64,000 nt of DNA, taken from Lingula anatina. Its lineage: Eukaryota; Animalia; Brachiopoda. The stretch lies in contig CM120643.1 of the NCBI GenBank assembly GCA_051362555.1, forward strand, positions 6,944,001 through 7,008,000, read 5' to 3'. The position numbers and the translations under genes were made by a program. A model generated the notes under the pieces. The model worked only from the letters and a program-made list of their open reading frames with translations. It made no database searches and was not told the origin of the DNA. The first letter of the stretch is position 1. Every line of letters begins with the position of its first letter. Shown in pieces: positions 40,570 through 52,984 of the stretch.

Positions 40570-43500
40570 AGCCACCAGTTTTGTGCTTGACAAGCTGTAA
40601 AAATGCAATCAACAAGAATTTTTAAACTATTGCAAAAAAAATATAGGGTACAATCAAATTTAAGTTCTTCGTAAGGTAGGTCAAGGGTCAATTTCAAGGT
40701 CACAGTAAATTGCCAGTATATGACTTCCTATTCAAGTTCAAGAGTAACTATGGACCTATCTCTGTCAAGTTTGAAGTTAAAAGAGAAAGAAATTAGCAGA
40801 GTTCAGTTCATGATAAAAAGTAGGTCAAAGGTCAATTTCAAGGTCACACTTAGATTGCCAGTATAGGACTTCCTATTCAACTTTTATAGTAACTATGGAC
40901 CTATCTCAGCCAGTTTTGGAGATAAAAGGGAAGCAAATTTTGCAAAATTCAGTTCATGGTGAAAAGTAGGTCAAAGGTCAATTTCAAGGTCACATTTAGA
41001 TTGCCAGTATATGACTTTCTATTCAAGTTCAATAGTAACTATGGACCTATCTCTGCCAGTTTTGGAGATAAAAGGGAAGCAAAATTTGCAAAGTTCAGTT
41101 TATGGTGAAAAGTAGGACAAAGGTCAATTTTAATGTCACATTTATAATGCCAGTATATGACTTCCTATTCAAGTTCGATAGTAACTACGGACCTATCTCA
41201 GCCAGTTTTGGAGATAAAAGGAAAGCAAAATTTGCAAAATTCAGTTCATGGTGTAAAGTAGGTCAAAGGTCAATTTTAAGGTCACATTTAGATTGCCAGT
41301 ATATGACTTCCTATTCAAGTTCAATAGTAACTATGGACCTATCTCAGCCAGTTTTGGAGATAAAAGGGAAGCAAAATTTGCAAAATTCAGTTCATGGTGT
41401 AAAGTAGGTCAAAGGTCAATTTTAAGGTCACATTTAGATTGCCAGTATATGACTTCCTTTTCAAGTTCAATAGTAACTATGGACCTATCTCTGCCAGTTT
41501 TGGAGATAAAAGGAAAGCAAAATTTGCAAAATTCAGTTCATGGTGTAAAGTAGGTCAAAGGTCAATTTCAAGGTCACATTTAGATTGCCAGTATATGACT
41601 TCCTATTCAACTTCAATAGTAACTATGGACCTATCTCTGCCAGTTTTGGAGATAAAAGGGAAGCAAAATTTGCAAAGTTCAGTTTATGGTGAAAAGTAGG
41701 TCAAAGGTCAATTTTAAGGTCACATTTAGATTGCCAGTATATGACTTCCTATTCAAGTTCAATAGTAACTACGGACCTATCTCAGCCAGTTTTGGAGATA
41801 AAAGGAAAACAAAATTTGAAAAATTCAGTTCATGGTGTAAAGTAGGTCAAAGGTCAATTTTAAGGTCACATTTAGATTGCCAGTATATGACTTCCTATTC
41901 AACTTCAATAGTAACTATGGACCTATCTCTGCCAGTTTTGGAGATAAAAGGGAAGAAAATTTGCAAAGTTCAGTTCATGGTGAAAAGTAGGTCAAAGGTC
42001 AATTTTAAAGGTCACATTTAGATTGCCAGTATATGACTTCCTATTCAAGTTCAATAGTAACTATGGACCTATCTCTGCCAGTTTTGGAGATAAAAGGGAA
42101 GCAAATTTTGCAAAGTTCAGTTTATGGTGAAAAGTAGGTCAAAGGTCAATTTTAAGGTCACATTTAGATTGCCAGTATATGACTTCCTATTCAAGTTCAA
42201 TAGTAACTACGGACCTATCTCAGCCAGTTTTGGAGATAAAAGGAAAGCAAAATTTGCAAAATTTGCAAAATTCAGTTCATGGTGAAAAGTAGGTCAAAGT
42301 TCAATTTTAATGTCACATATAGATTGCCAGTATATGACTTCCTATTCAAGTTCAATAGTAACTACGGACCTACCTCTGCCAGTTTTGGAGATAAAAGGAA
42401 AGCAAAATTTGCAAAATTCAGTTCATGGTGTAAAGTAGGTCAAAGGTCAATTTTAAGGTCACATTTAGATTGCCAGTATATGACTTCCTATTCAAGTTCA
42501 ATAGTAACTATGGACCTATCTCTGCCAGTTTTGGAGATAAAAGGGAAGAAAAATTTGCAAAGTTCAGTTCATGGTGAAAAGTAGGTCAAAGGTCAATTTC
42601 AAGGTCATAGTAAGATTGCCAGTATATGACTTCCTATTCAACTTCAATAGTAACTATGGACCTATCTCTGCCAGTTTTGGAGATATAAGGGACTAGATGT
42701 TATAATTTTGGAGTTACCATAATGTGCCTTAAATTTCGTACAGAAAAAATTAATTAAAATAAAGAAAATGTCATTTTGGTCAAAATTCTTGAAATAGGAG
42801 GTGCTCTGAAGTTTCAGAAGTTCAAATTTGATGAAATAATGTCATTTTTGAACACAAGTTGTCTGCTTTGCCAAGCCTTATGTTTTATTTTTCCAGAGTT
42901 CAAAATTTATTATCTATTACCGTACTGCACATTTTGCTTTTACCACCAATATGTACTTTTTGATACAGCGTAACTCGAAAACCGTATGGAATACAAAAAA
43001 ACCGAGACCATTTCCAGTGTTGGGCTTTACATGCTCTACAAAATGCAAAAAAGAATGGGTCTCTAGCATTAACGGTTCCCGAATTAGAGACAGTTTTCAG
43101 TTTCGGTATCTTATGGCCGCTACTCCCGTGAAAATGCACCGATTGACCCCAAATTCATGGAGATGAAAGATGACCTGAAGGGTAACACTTTCCAATAATA
43201 TTATTGGTTAAGTCTGTGTGGTGTCTGAATAACAGGGCAAAAATTTTTTTTTTCGTAAAAAATTTCATTTTTTTGAAAATTTTGGCCCATTTGACCTTGA
43301 AGTAAAGGTCAAAGGTCAAATCCAAGGGTATATTTGAAATCTACACATATGACTTTTGGAAAGCCGTCTATAGAAATTTTTCCCATAACTCCTTCCGTAG
43401 GGTAGATAATTAGCATTTAATTTTGCTATTTTTAGACAAGGGTGCATTGCAATGAGTGCCACACCCAGACCCCAATACCGACAAAGCCCAAATTTTACGT

Positions 43501-43692
43501 GGAACGAGTTGAGATTATAGGTGACCTAAATCCATGAGATGGGTACAGGGGCCCTTACCGTCTAGGAGGAGAAGCGGTAACGGTAGCCGTCCGGCGGAGC
43601 CGGCGGAGTCAACGGAGCCGGCGGAGCCGGCGGAACGATCCGGACGGGACCGAAACCATGTGTACCGCCAGCGCTAACGCTGGTGGTACAAT
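40570..43692. mobile_element. HINE-like element, copy 2 (head-to-tail, lacking the first ~100 bp)
   Basis: Begins at GCCACCAGTTTTGTGC (= 37466 of copy 1) directly after copy 1's end; non-satellite parts are nearly identical to copy 1. Confidence 0.85.
40676..42690. repeat. 146-bp satellite array (about 14 units), second copy
   Basis: Same unit as 37571-39575. Confidence 0.95.
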
Positions 43693-44960
43693 AACTTTCA
43701 CCTTGAAAGGGTATTTGGGGGGCAATATTGAAATTGGCTGCCATATTGGAATTTTCAGACATGCCCCTATATCCAAAGTTGCTTAGAATCATGTTCTACA
43801 TAACTGTGCCAATTTTTATGCTTGTAATTGTAAGTGCTTGATGATTTTACAAAACTGCTGCATATTTTGCGTAAGTAAACTGCTTATTTTACTTTTGGAG
43901 GCCATTTTGGAATTCTATACACCTGTAGAAGCGGATATTGATAATTCATTCATAGCATGATATTTTCCAGCTATAAAATGATATTTTAAACCATTTTAGG
44001 ACTATATATTAGATGTTTTAATTTAAAAGAGTATTTGTGGCGGCCATATTGGATTTGGCGGCCATACTGGAATTTTCAGACATGCCCATATATCCAAAAA
44101 AGCTTAGAATTCCATTATCTACAACTGTGGCAAATTTCATGCTTGTAGGTAAAAAACGCACAATTCACCCTTTTTTCTGCACCAATTTCTTGGACTAATA
44201 TAGGAGGGTCAAAGATAACAGCCGCTAAGGATAAAAGTACAAAGGCCGGATTTTTGAAAATTTCGTCATACCCAGGAGTCGGGGAGAGGTAATTTTGAAA
44301 AATTAGTCGGATTTACACAATTAAAAATATTAATTAATTTTTAAGCGACGAAATTTTCAAGACTTTACCGTATCCATTTGTTTTACTTATTTACTCATTT
44401 AATTTTGTTCTTAATGGCGAGCATCTAATGTTTTTAGCACTTTGCCTCCATTTCCTATGGATAAAATTTGTTTTAAATACTGAAGCTTTACATGATTTAT
44501 CATTGAGGATGCTGTCCCTTCACAAAGCACCAACATAACACTTGGAAAGTACAAGTCCCATCACATTACACATGATGGCATTACATCTATTAATGGGATG
44601 CTTGCTGATGAAATAAATAAAGTTTTGTTACACAGGTAAAATATAAGAATCTCATCAATATCTAAGTAAGTAATTCTATGGTCATATGAGGCACAAACAT
44701 CATTTTAATTATTCTTTTTACAGGTGTTCCATGCGAGTCTTATGTAATGTCCAGTATTATATATGATGGAGACATGACTTATTTTTCTAAGATCAGCCAT
44801 ATTCTCTTTGAATAGGTAGCTGATTATGCCTTGAAGATATAACTGTCAATTATTTTTGCCACTGAACATAAATATTTCTTTTGACACAAATGCATTTTTT
44901 TTCTTTTCATTACATCTTAAGGTGATTGCACTGTCTGTTGTGTTTGGTGTTATAAACTTA

Positions 44961-45196
44961 GGCTTCGTTCACATGGAAAGTCTATTTTCTAAAAATCTAT
45001 TTTCTATTCACGGTATATCTTGTGATCACGGTATGTGCCCTGAATATCCCGAGAATTAATTACAGCTTTGTATAAGTAACTGGCTCGCGCTGCCAGTAAT
45101 TATGCCGCGGGATATTCAGGGCACAGACCGTGATCATGAGATACCGCGAATAGAAAATAGATTTTTAGAAAATAGACTTTCCATGTGAATGAAGCC
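44961..45196. mobile_element. PIF/Harbinger-type MITE with roughly 100-bp TIRs
   Basis: TTA|GGCTTCGTTCACATGGAAAGTCTATTTTC ... GAAAATAGACTTTCCATGTGAATGAAGCC|TTA. Confidence 0.85.
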
Positions 45197-45687
45197 TTAA
45201 CCTCAAATAATATAATGAAAACATTTAATTTTATTTTAACCCATTTTAAATGTACAGAGACTATCAAAAAAGCATTAATATATATGTAATAGTTTTTAAA
45301 AAGGTTACCTTCCATATTTATGTTACAAAAGACCATCATTATTCTCAATACTTTATTTTTCATAGAGATATAGGTTTGGTGGCATTCAGTTTGTAATTGT
45401 TTCCTAGTATCCCAAACTGCAATGAATAGATTAATTTGAATTAAATTCCACTTGCTTCTATCTTTTTTGTTTGTTTGTGATATAGAAAGACCTCTCAGAA
45501 GATGATGTGATAGTGGGAGTTTGTATAAGATGAGGACACTACTCTGTCTTGGTAAGTATTCAACCCTTATATGGGACTCTCTTAGATCTAAAATTTTTTT
45601 ATCCTGTTTTACAAAAAAAATTCTACATTTGTGTATTAAAATAAGTTAAAAGACATGTCGTATTGTTTTGTATGAATTATAGGTTTA

Positions 45688-45849
45688 CAGGGGCAGATCC
45701 AGAGATATTTTCTGACAGTCTTCCAAATTATCTTTGTTGGTCTATATTCCATTTTTGATTGTCTTCCAACAGAAAAAAGTTAGATACCCACAAATGTAAG
45801 CTCGGACGGCCTTCCAGAAGACCCTGAACATGGTCTCAATCTGCCCCTG
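45688..45849. mobile_element. hAT-type MITE with 6-bp TSD
   Basis: GGTTTA|CAGGGGCAGAT ... ATCTGCCCCTG|GGTTTA. Confidence 0.7.
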
Positions 45850-46964
45850 GGTTTATATAAATTATGTTAATTATATGAGCAAGGTGCAGGCAATTCAATA
45901 TCATGATGAGGTTGAGAGGTATAATTTTTCTTGTAATGTATTTTCAGCAACTTCTCCAGAAGAAAAGAAATTGGGTGCAAGTTTGTCACCATTGACCATG
46001 AAAAACAGCTAGATGGCTACACTTGTCGGCTGTGGTGTATACATGTGAGTTATGTTACCTAGGAAGCACACATTTCAATATATGTTCTAAACCTGTACAC
46101 CTTTGAAGAGTTTCCAAGTGAAACATTTATAGGGCAATAAAAATAATTTTATTACTGAGCTATTCAATACTATTATTCACTATTCAATATGACCAGACCA
46201 TGTATATATGCACTGAAGAAAAGAAGGCTTCAGGGCTCTCATAAAGCTGTGTGATTTGTGGCAACTGACCAAAGGGTCCATTTCTGCTTATATCAATGTC
46301 AAAGTTTGAAGAATGATTTATCAACAAGCCTGCATTACCTGAAGACAAAGAATAAAAACTGAACCTGAAGAATGCAGACACATGCCCTTGTCACATGACC
46401 ACTGTATCACCTGACCCCTCAGTGATCCAAAAGCAGAGTCTTTCCGTGCAGAATGTTTTCACCTTCACAACACAGTGTCCAAACTGTTTACTTCTCCAAG
46501 ATACAGTCCTTCAACTGATGAAATGTGGAGATGGTGATGTGTTTGAAGAACAAACTGTTGAACAACTCAGGATTCATATCTCATTTTTTGGTAGCCTTTA
46601 TTTCACATCATACGTACAGGTAAGACAAGTAACAGTGTATGGTGTATGGTGAAACTAAAATTTAATGAAAATAAAACGCAATGAATAAAAATAAAAATGA
46701 TAAAACTAACAATGCAGTAGGCCTACAATTAATGGTGAACATGATCAAAGTAAAGGCACAATTTATGATTCTATAATGAACAAATAAATATTTAAATAAT
46801 AACTTACTCGAATTGCAGCTACATTAACTTGGAGATAATCCTGATGTTCACAAAAAAAAAAAAGAAAAAAAAAGTATATGGAGAGCGACGTAGGCCTACA
46901 TGTACCGCTGCTAGAGAGCGACAGCGACGGAGAGGAGTTCGTGGGATTTAACCAAGAGGACATT

Positions 46965-47084
46965 ACAGAGTGTGATGATCCTTTTAAGGACCTTTTGTAA
47001 AAGACAGAGTTCGACGATCCTTTTAAGGACTTTTGGTAAAAGACAGAGTGCGACGATCCTTTTAAGGACTTTTGGTAAAAGACA
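46965..47084. repeat. 39-bp tandem repeat (3 copies) following an acidic SDSDGEEFVGF transposase-tail-like stretch
   Basis: GACAGAG...GATCCTTTTAAGGAC.TTT.GTAAAA register at 47003 and 47042. Confidence 0.75.
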
Positions 47085-47598
47085 ATAACAATGCTCATAC
47101 CTTTACCTAGGCCTAATAGTTATGAACAATGCAGATTTAAAGAAAATGTATTGAAATGTAGAATGTAGATATGACTCCCATAGAGATTTTGAACTTTTAA
47201 GCACTAAAAAGAAGTTTACGCATATCACTTTTTTAGTAAGATACAACGTTCTCGTTTGAAATTAATAAAAGACCAGGATTTGGTATGTTTTAACTACTTC
47301 ATTTTTTTTTTCTAATTATGTTACGCATCGTCATTATTTCAGTGATTGATTCCACTTATTTTGGGGATCCGCAGGTTTATTTTTCTCCTTGGGTAAAAAA
47401 TTAATGGGGACATAAATTTAAATTAACATGGCTCATTAAATAAATGCACAATTACCAGATTTTAACCGTGATTCTTTCCGTGCGGTGGGGAAATTTAGAT
47501 ACGGGAAGTACACAGTGTGGGGGCATAAATATATATATGAATATAAAAATATTTTTCAGACCATACTCATACTTAAATTGAATTCTTTTTTTTTTCAG

Positions 47599-48087
47599 AA
47601 AGCCAAAAGAAGGATGAAGGTGCTGCAGACCCTGTCAGCCCAAGGGCGGCAGACTGAGGTGATCCTGTCAGCCCAAGGGTGGCAGACTGAGGTGATCCTG
47701 TCAGCCCAAGGGTGGCAGACTGAGGTGATCCTGTCAGCCCAAGGGTGGCAGACTGAGGTGATCCTGTCAGCCCAAGGGTGGCAGACTGAGGTGATCCTGT
47801 CAGCCCAAGGGTGGCAGACTGAGGTGCAGCATGCACAAATCAAGAGCGCCATTGATATCAAGTACACGTCTAGAGATAAAGAGTGTGATGAAGGATTCAT
47901 AACACACACCCCATCCTGGCAAAGTGACAAATTTGCCCAGGTTAAACGTACCTTAGACAGGTGTTTTATTGAAAACAGCTCACACAAGAGCAGAAGGTTG
48001 CTGCAAAATAGGAAGATTGGAGCAACTCACATCAAATCTATCCCTAATTGTCCAGAGGATATCTTATGGATTGTAAAAAGAGATTAA
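47599..48087 (+). pseudogene. Transposon accessory-protein-like terminal exon with in-frame 33-bp (LSAQGWQTEVI) x6 repeat
   Basis: Poly-T acceptor at 47597-47598; open frame to 48087; P.W.S......LD motif (TPSWQSDKFAQVKRTLD) recalled from TE-linked ORFs; repeat spans 47631-47826. Confidence 0.45.
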
Positions 48088-50528
48088 ATATTTCAACTGT
48101 TTTCAGTTTACCAGACCAAAAGCTGTGTAATTTCAAATAGTATAGAATTTGGGTTCATTATTTTTGGGGTTTTATATGTAAATTCATTACAGACTGGAGG
48201 GACGGCTATGTATGTCAAGTTTGTGTGTAAAAAAGGAGAAGAAAAGTGGGCCATTTGTACACCTTTTTCTCCATATAAAAGCCATACAAAAGATGATCTT
48301 TTACACCTTTCATAAAAATTCAAAAAGTCTAGGAAAAGTGTAGAAAGATGGATAAAAGAGGGCCTTTTAATCAACTTTTAAGAAATACAAAAGCCAAGTT
48401 TTCATTCAGTGTAAGATACACTCCTCTTGGCCCCTGGTTTGGGGCTGTGAAACAATCTCTTCATGTGTACGTGTCTTACAACATAACATTTATTCGTTTT
48501 ACTGTAACAGATTTAATTTTATCTAAATTATAAAATGATTTATCCTCTTTATGACAAACTAAAAACTTTGCTTTATAAAGACTTACATATATATTTATAC
48601 GTGTCTTTCATTTATACCTATTCAAGTGACTGATACCATACCAAGGAAAAGACATTCAACTAATAAATCATTATACGATCACTAGATAATAGAGACTGGT
48701 ATACAGAAAGCAGATTTCCCTCTGTGAAAGGCAGGGTTATAAACTGCTAATTATGGGACTCTGTTAAGGGCAGATGTCTTCATTGTATGAATTGTTTATT
48801 CTTATTTTGTTTCATTGTTGTAAATAAAATCTGTTGCTGATTTATATGCATTGTGTGGTCTTCTGTGAGTTTGGAATTTAATTGTGCGGACCTACGGCAC
48901 GTTACATTACTTAGTATTTGGTACAAAATATACATAGCATTTTTATTTTCTCGATTTGTAGGCACACAGAAGTGCTTGGGATAATCTCTTAGCTTGTTTT
49001 GGGCTGAGAAGAGGCCCTGGTAAGTTAATAGTGATTCTAGTCTAGTAGTTTTTTAGTAAAAAACTGATGAGAAACATTTGTATAACAGTTTTGGCAGGGG
49101 AAAATTGGCAATGCTTCCATGTGAGGTAAAACTCCAATCTGTAAAAATGACACATCTAACTACATCAAAAGACAATCAGAGTAGTTTTATGGATTGCAAC
49201 CTGGAAATACAGGTACCCTGTGTGGTTTCTTTTTTAACAATCATTACATGCTATGGTTAATTCAAATACATGGTGCTTCTTTACAGGTCACTCAAAAGAT
49301 TTAGTGTTATAAATTATAAAGATAAAGTAAATATAGTACAGCTCTGTTTTTTTGTACATGTACTCATGTCTTAGTAAAAATACTGACGTACACCTGGAAC
49401 CAGACCTTTAGGCTCAGGCAGGACAGGGTTTCTTTACCTGCTTATTAAAACACACCTGAGATGACAGTCTCAGTGGATATAAACACCAACCTGCTTGTGA
49501 CTATGTTATGAAAGTGGGGACACCAAAAGAGAAAGTCAACACTATCATAAAGTTAGAACAAAAGATAGTACAAGCTGAACATCACAGTAACCCTAAAGGC
49601 AAGCATAAAAAAACAGACCCAGTACAGAAATATCTACAAACAAGTCACACAACTGTTTGAAAAAACAGAAATGCCTGTCACATAAACAGAGATGGAAGAT
49701 TTTCAAACAAGCATCAAATAATCCATATACATGTTAGCCCTCATACTCTCTCCAAAGCAATAGGCAAACTATGGGAAATGAGATCAGAAGATCTGCAAAT
49801 GCTACTACCTACAGAAAAATCCTCCATATCCTTTGAATCCCTTGAAGTGAAAATATCTGAAAAAAGTATATAACCAGGAATACAATCTAAATAAGGACTG
49901 GCTAAAAATCAAAGATAACACTGTATTGAACAAAATTAGCTCAATTACGGTAATTCTCCGATCTATACGAATGCCACAATAATTACAAACGAAACGTTTT
50001 ATCTCTAAATCTGAATTTTGTCTTTTTTCTGTATGAACGCTCGCTGGACTCACCTTGGGCACAATTCAAATTTTCCGAATGCAATGAAGTGTGCCCAATG
50101 GGGAATACCCGCTTTAAGGGTCTGCCGCTAGATGGCGTGGGGGTGAAAGCAGTCCTTCTTAAATCTCGCAGAATCTCGCTCACGGCTTTACACCAGAGTT
50201 TAACATGGAGCGTGTGCACGCGTCGCTGACAGTGGACCAACTCAAACGCAATTTACTTGAATGTGGTGCCATAACATCTGGATGAAAATGTGAATTGACT
50301 GAAAGGTATGTGTTTTCTTTTCATTTAGTGCTTGAAAAACAAGAATGCTAACTATTTTCCTTGAAAAAAATCGAACATTAGTCGAGGTGTGTGTGTCAAA
50401 TCTGACATGTTATGTACATGTAGACTACTGTAGGTACGAGTAGGCCTACGCTCATATTTTGTTTTAGTAGCACGAAAGACGAAGATTTTTTATACTTAGT
50501 AAATGTACTTATTTTTTTCTTTATAAGG

Positions 50529-51130
50529 TTACCCAAAGAAGGCCCATATATTGGGGGCAAAGCCTGAAACTGTCGATTTCAGGACCCCCAGGACAGCCAA
50601 CTTCAAGAGCAGGATAAAATGATTACTTCAGGAATCTTACCCGTCACTTCACATCAGCGGCAAAGATTGATGTAGCCACCAGTTATGCCTACCCTAAAGC
50701 TGACTTACAGGCGGCTGTGATGGACAACAACTATTGCCAAGTGCCATGAAAACAATAATGCATGGATAGAGGGAATGATGTAAGTGAAAACAGAGGTCTA
50801 ATATTAAGAATCAGGCCCAAATATGAGAAAGAATTATCAAACTAGGTGATTGTGTGACATCATAGAAATATAAAATTGTATCTTAACTATTTAATGCTGT
50901 AACCATCTACCATGCTTTAATGGGATATGACTATTTCAGGTTGAGGAACAAACAGCGAAGGACACTGAGCATAGCAAGTTACAACAAGGAAAGAGCGCAA
51001 TCTGACACAAGGAGAGACAATGGCGGATCACTGCTTCCAGATTTGGAGAGATAATGTCAGCTACAGAGAAGAAGTATATGAACAAACTGTATGAATAATT
51101 GTTGTGTCCAAAACCATTGCAGACACATGA
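50529..51130 (+). pseudogene. YqaJ-like (lambda exonuclease family) nuclease remnant of ISL2EU, two decayed exons
   Basis: VEEQT...QGKSAI*HKERQWRITASRFGEIM matches the E..T..Q.....W..ER..RITAS.FG motif; upstream DPR...DYFRNL...ADLQAAVMDNNYC. Confidence 0.7.
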
Positions 51131-52335
51131 CAGTTGGACCCGGACCCGATTTCCCCTTTTTGGAATGTGTATCTCGTGCACGAATCTGGGCCTAAAGAAA
51201 ACCCGCGAATACTATACTAAGTTAGAAGGCCAGATGTTCATTACAAATCGCCCATTCTGCTATTTTGCTGTGTTTACATTCAAAGATCTGTTTGTGGGGT
51301 TGATTCATTCTGACGCTGGATATTTTTCTACATGTATTTTGCCCAGGATAACTTTTTTTAATGAAAAACACTATAGGAAGTATGTGTCAACCAGTTTATA
51401 GAAAGTACCCCTGTATGAGATGGTTTTAGCTGCAATCATAATTTTGAAGTGCAATTTTAAAAAATGTTTTCACTAAAATGAAATAATTTGGTGGTGCTAT
51501 ATTCTTTACAAAAAGTACTTATGTGTTTATGCTGTTTTTAATAATATTTAACTGTAATGAAAAAAAACCCATGATGCTATTTTGTAAAGTATTTTAGCGG
51601 GATGAAATAAATTGCTAGTTGTATTTACAGCAAATAATTTGGTTTTTCTGCTTTTTAAAGAATTTTCAAAGTGATGACATAATGTGGTGGTTCTATTCAA
51701 GTAAAATAATTCATAAGTACTATTTTGTAAAAAGGAACAAAAAACTGTTAATTTGTAAAATGTTTGCTTTCTTAAATTTTTATTTCTTAAACTGTTACAA
51801 AAAGTTTTCCATACCTACAGTAATCCATTGGCTGAGAAATTGCAGCTATATATTCAGGAAAGTTATAGCACAAATAAATTATCTAAGTATTATATGGTTT
51901 CATGGTTTTTACTATGGACTGAATAATTATTTTGTTTAAATAAAATATTTGGTTTTGCTGCTTTTTAATGAATTTTCAGAGCGATGAAATAATATGGTGT
52001 TTCTACTCAAGTAAAACAATTCAGAAGTGCTATTTTGTAAAAAAAGAACAAAAACTGTTCATTTATAAAATGTTTTCTTTCTTTAAATTTTATTTCTTAA
52101 ACTGTTACATAAAGATTTCCAAACATGCATTATTCCATTGGCTGAGAAATTGCATCTATACATGAACAAATAAATTATCTAACTATACCTAGTTTTATGA
52201 TTCTTACGAGGTACTGAATAATGATTTTAAATAAAAATAATTATTTAATGAACATTACCGGTCATGCTCAATACATCAATAAAAAAGGATATTACTTAAT
52301 AACACAACCTTATGCGGGTAGTAGGCTACCGGGAC

Positions 52336-52680
52336 TTATATATATTTACTGACAACTCTTCTGAAATTACGGACATAAGAAAACGCACTTTGATAAATCA
52401 TACTTCCTAGGGGCACTTTCTTGCTATGGAGCTCTCTTTCCAAAACTTTATAAGTTTTGCCAAGATCAATTAACCTTTTTACGTGTATTCTTTTTGAGGC
52501 AACTCGTCCTATCTTTAGGGGCCTAATTACTGTTCCTGGGTCAAGTTGTAACTGACCCTTTAACATGGAAGGTGTGTTGACATGGGCAACCCTTCACTTC
52601 AAACGAAGCCCTGAATCCTCAAGAAAATAATGCCCACCTTGCCGACTTTGACATTCAGGTACACAACAATACTGAGGCAT
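52336..52680 (-). pseudogene. THAP N-terminus fused by deletion to the C-terminus of a Harbinger-type DDE transposase
   Basis: MPQYCCVPECQSRQGGHYFLEDSGLRLK*RVA (THAP start) abuts VNTPSMLKGQLQLD...VASKRIHVKRLIDLGKTYKVL (RIHVER motif of DDE_Tnp_4). Confidence 0.8.
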
Positions 52681-52793
52681 GTTTATTAAGGCCAGTACCA
52701 CAGTCCAACGTATACAATATCCAACATGGCGACCTAGGAAGGACTGAATTCACACTAGCGACACCTGGCGCCAAGCGGGCTGGTATTCCCCAT

Positions 52794-52950
52794 TGAAACT
52801 TGCCCCATGATTCATCAAAGTGAGTTTTCAGACCACCATTCCAAACAATTAAAGGAACTGCCACTTGACAGGAGAGATTGTAAGCACTTTTTGTGCTGTT
52901 TTTAGAATGAGACGATTGAAGGACTCAACCTGCCCACCGGCAGCTGCAGG
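52794..52950 (-). pseudogene. Possible Mutator-like transposase fragment interrupted by the ISL2EU insertion (continues at about 50097-49990)
   Basis: QVESFNRLILKTAQK...VAVPLIVWNGG resembles the NESFN..I....PK...AV..FN.G motif; heavily decayed. Confidence 0.35.
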
Positions 52951-52984
52951 CCAGTTTTAAAACCACCATTGTTATTTAAAAATT

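Larger units (their letters stand above)
34369..44197. mobile_element. Academ-like non-autonomous DNA transposon with long, internally repetitive TIRs
   Basis: Termini TAGTCCAGGAAATTGGTG / CACCAATTTCTTGGACTA, 3-bp TSD ATA (34366-34368, 44198-44200). Several hundred bp of imperfect inverted homology (34369-35430 vs 37245-37360 plus 43693-44197). TAG termini, long TIRs and a 3-bp TSD fit Academ. Confidence 0.7.
32248..44370. mobile_element. Non-autonomous TA-TSD (Tc1/mariner/pogo-type) TIR element inflated to 12.1 kb by nested insertions
   Basis: Perfect 25-bp TIRs CGGTAAAGTCTTGAAAATTTCGTCG (32248) and CGACGAAATTTTCAAGACTTTACCG (44346-44370), TA on each side; sub-terminal GAAAATTTCGTC repeats at both ends. 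Confidence 0.85.
50100..52791. mobile_element. Internally deleted ISL2EU (PIF/Harbinger-related) transposon
   Basis: AT|GGGGAATACC ... GGTATTCCCC|AT termini; convergent YqaJ-like (+) and THAP-DDE (-) remnants, the gene pair characteristic of ISL2EU. Confidence 0.8.

Noticed and set aside
38198-43166. Many similar 65-131 aa ORFs in the track
   Set aside because: Translations of the 146-bp satellite and duplicated HINE body in rotating frames; no protein motifs.
44420-46650. Scattered exon-like pieces with THAP-like hints (DAVPS) and Cys motifs
   Set aside because: Too decayed to assemble a frame or assign a family by eye.
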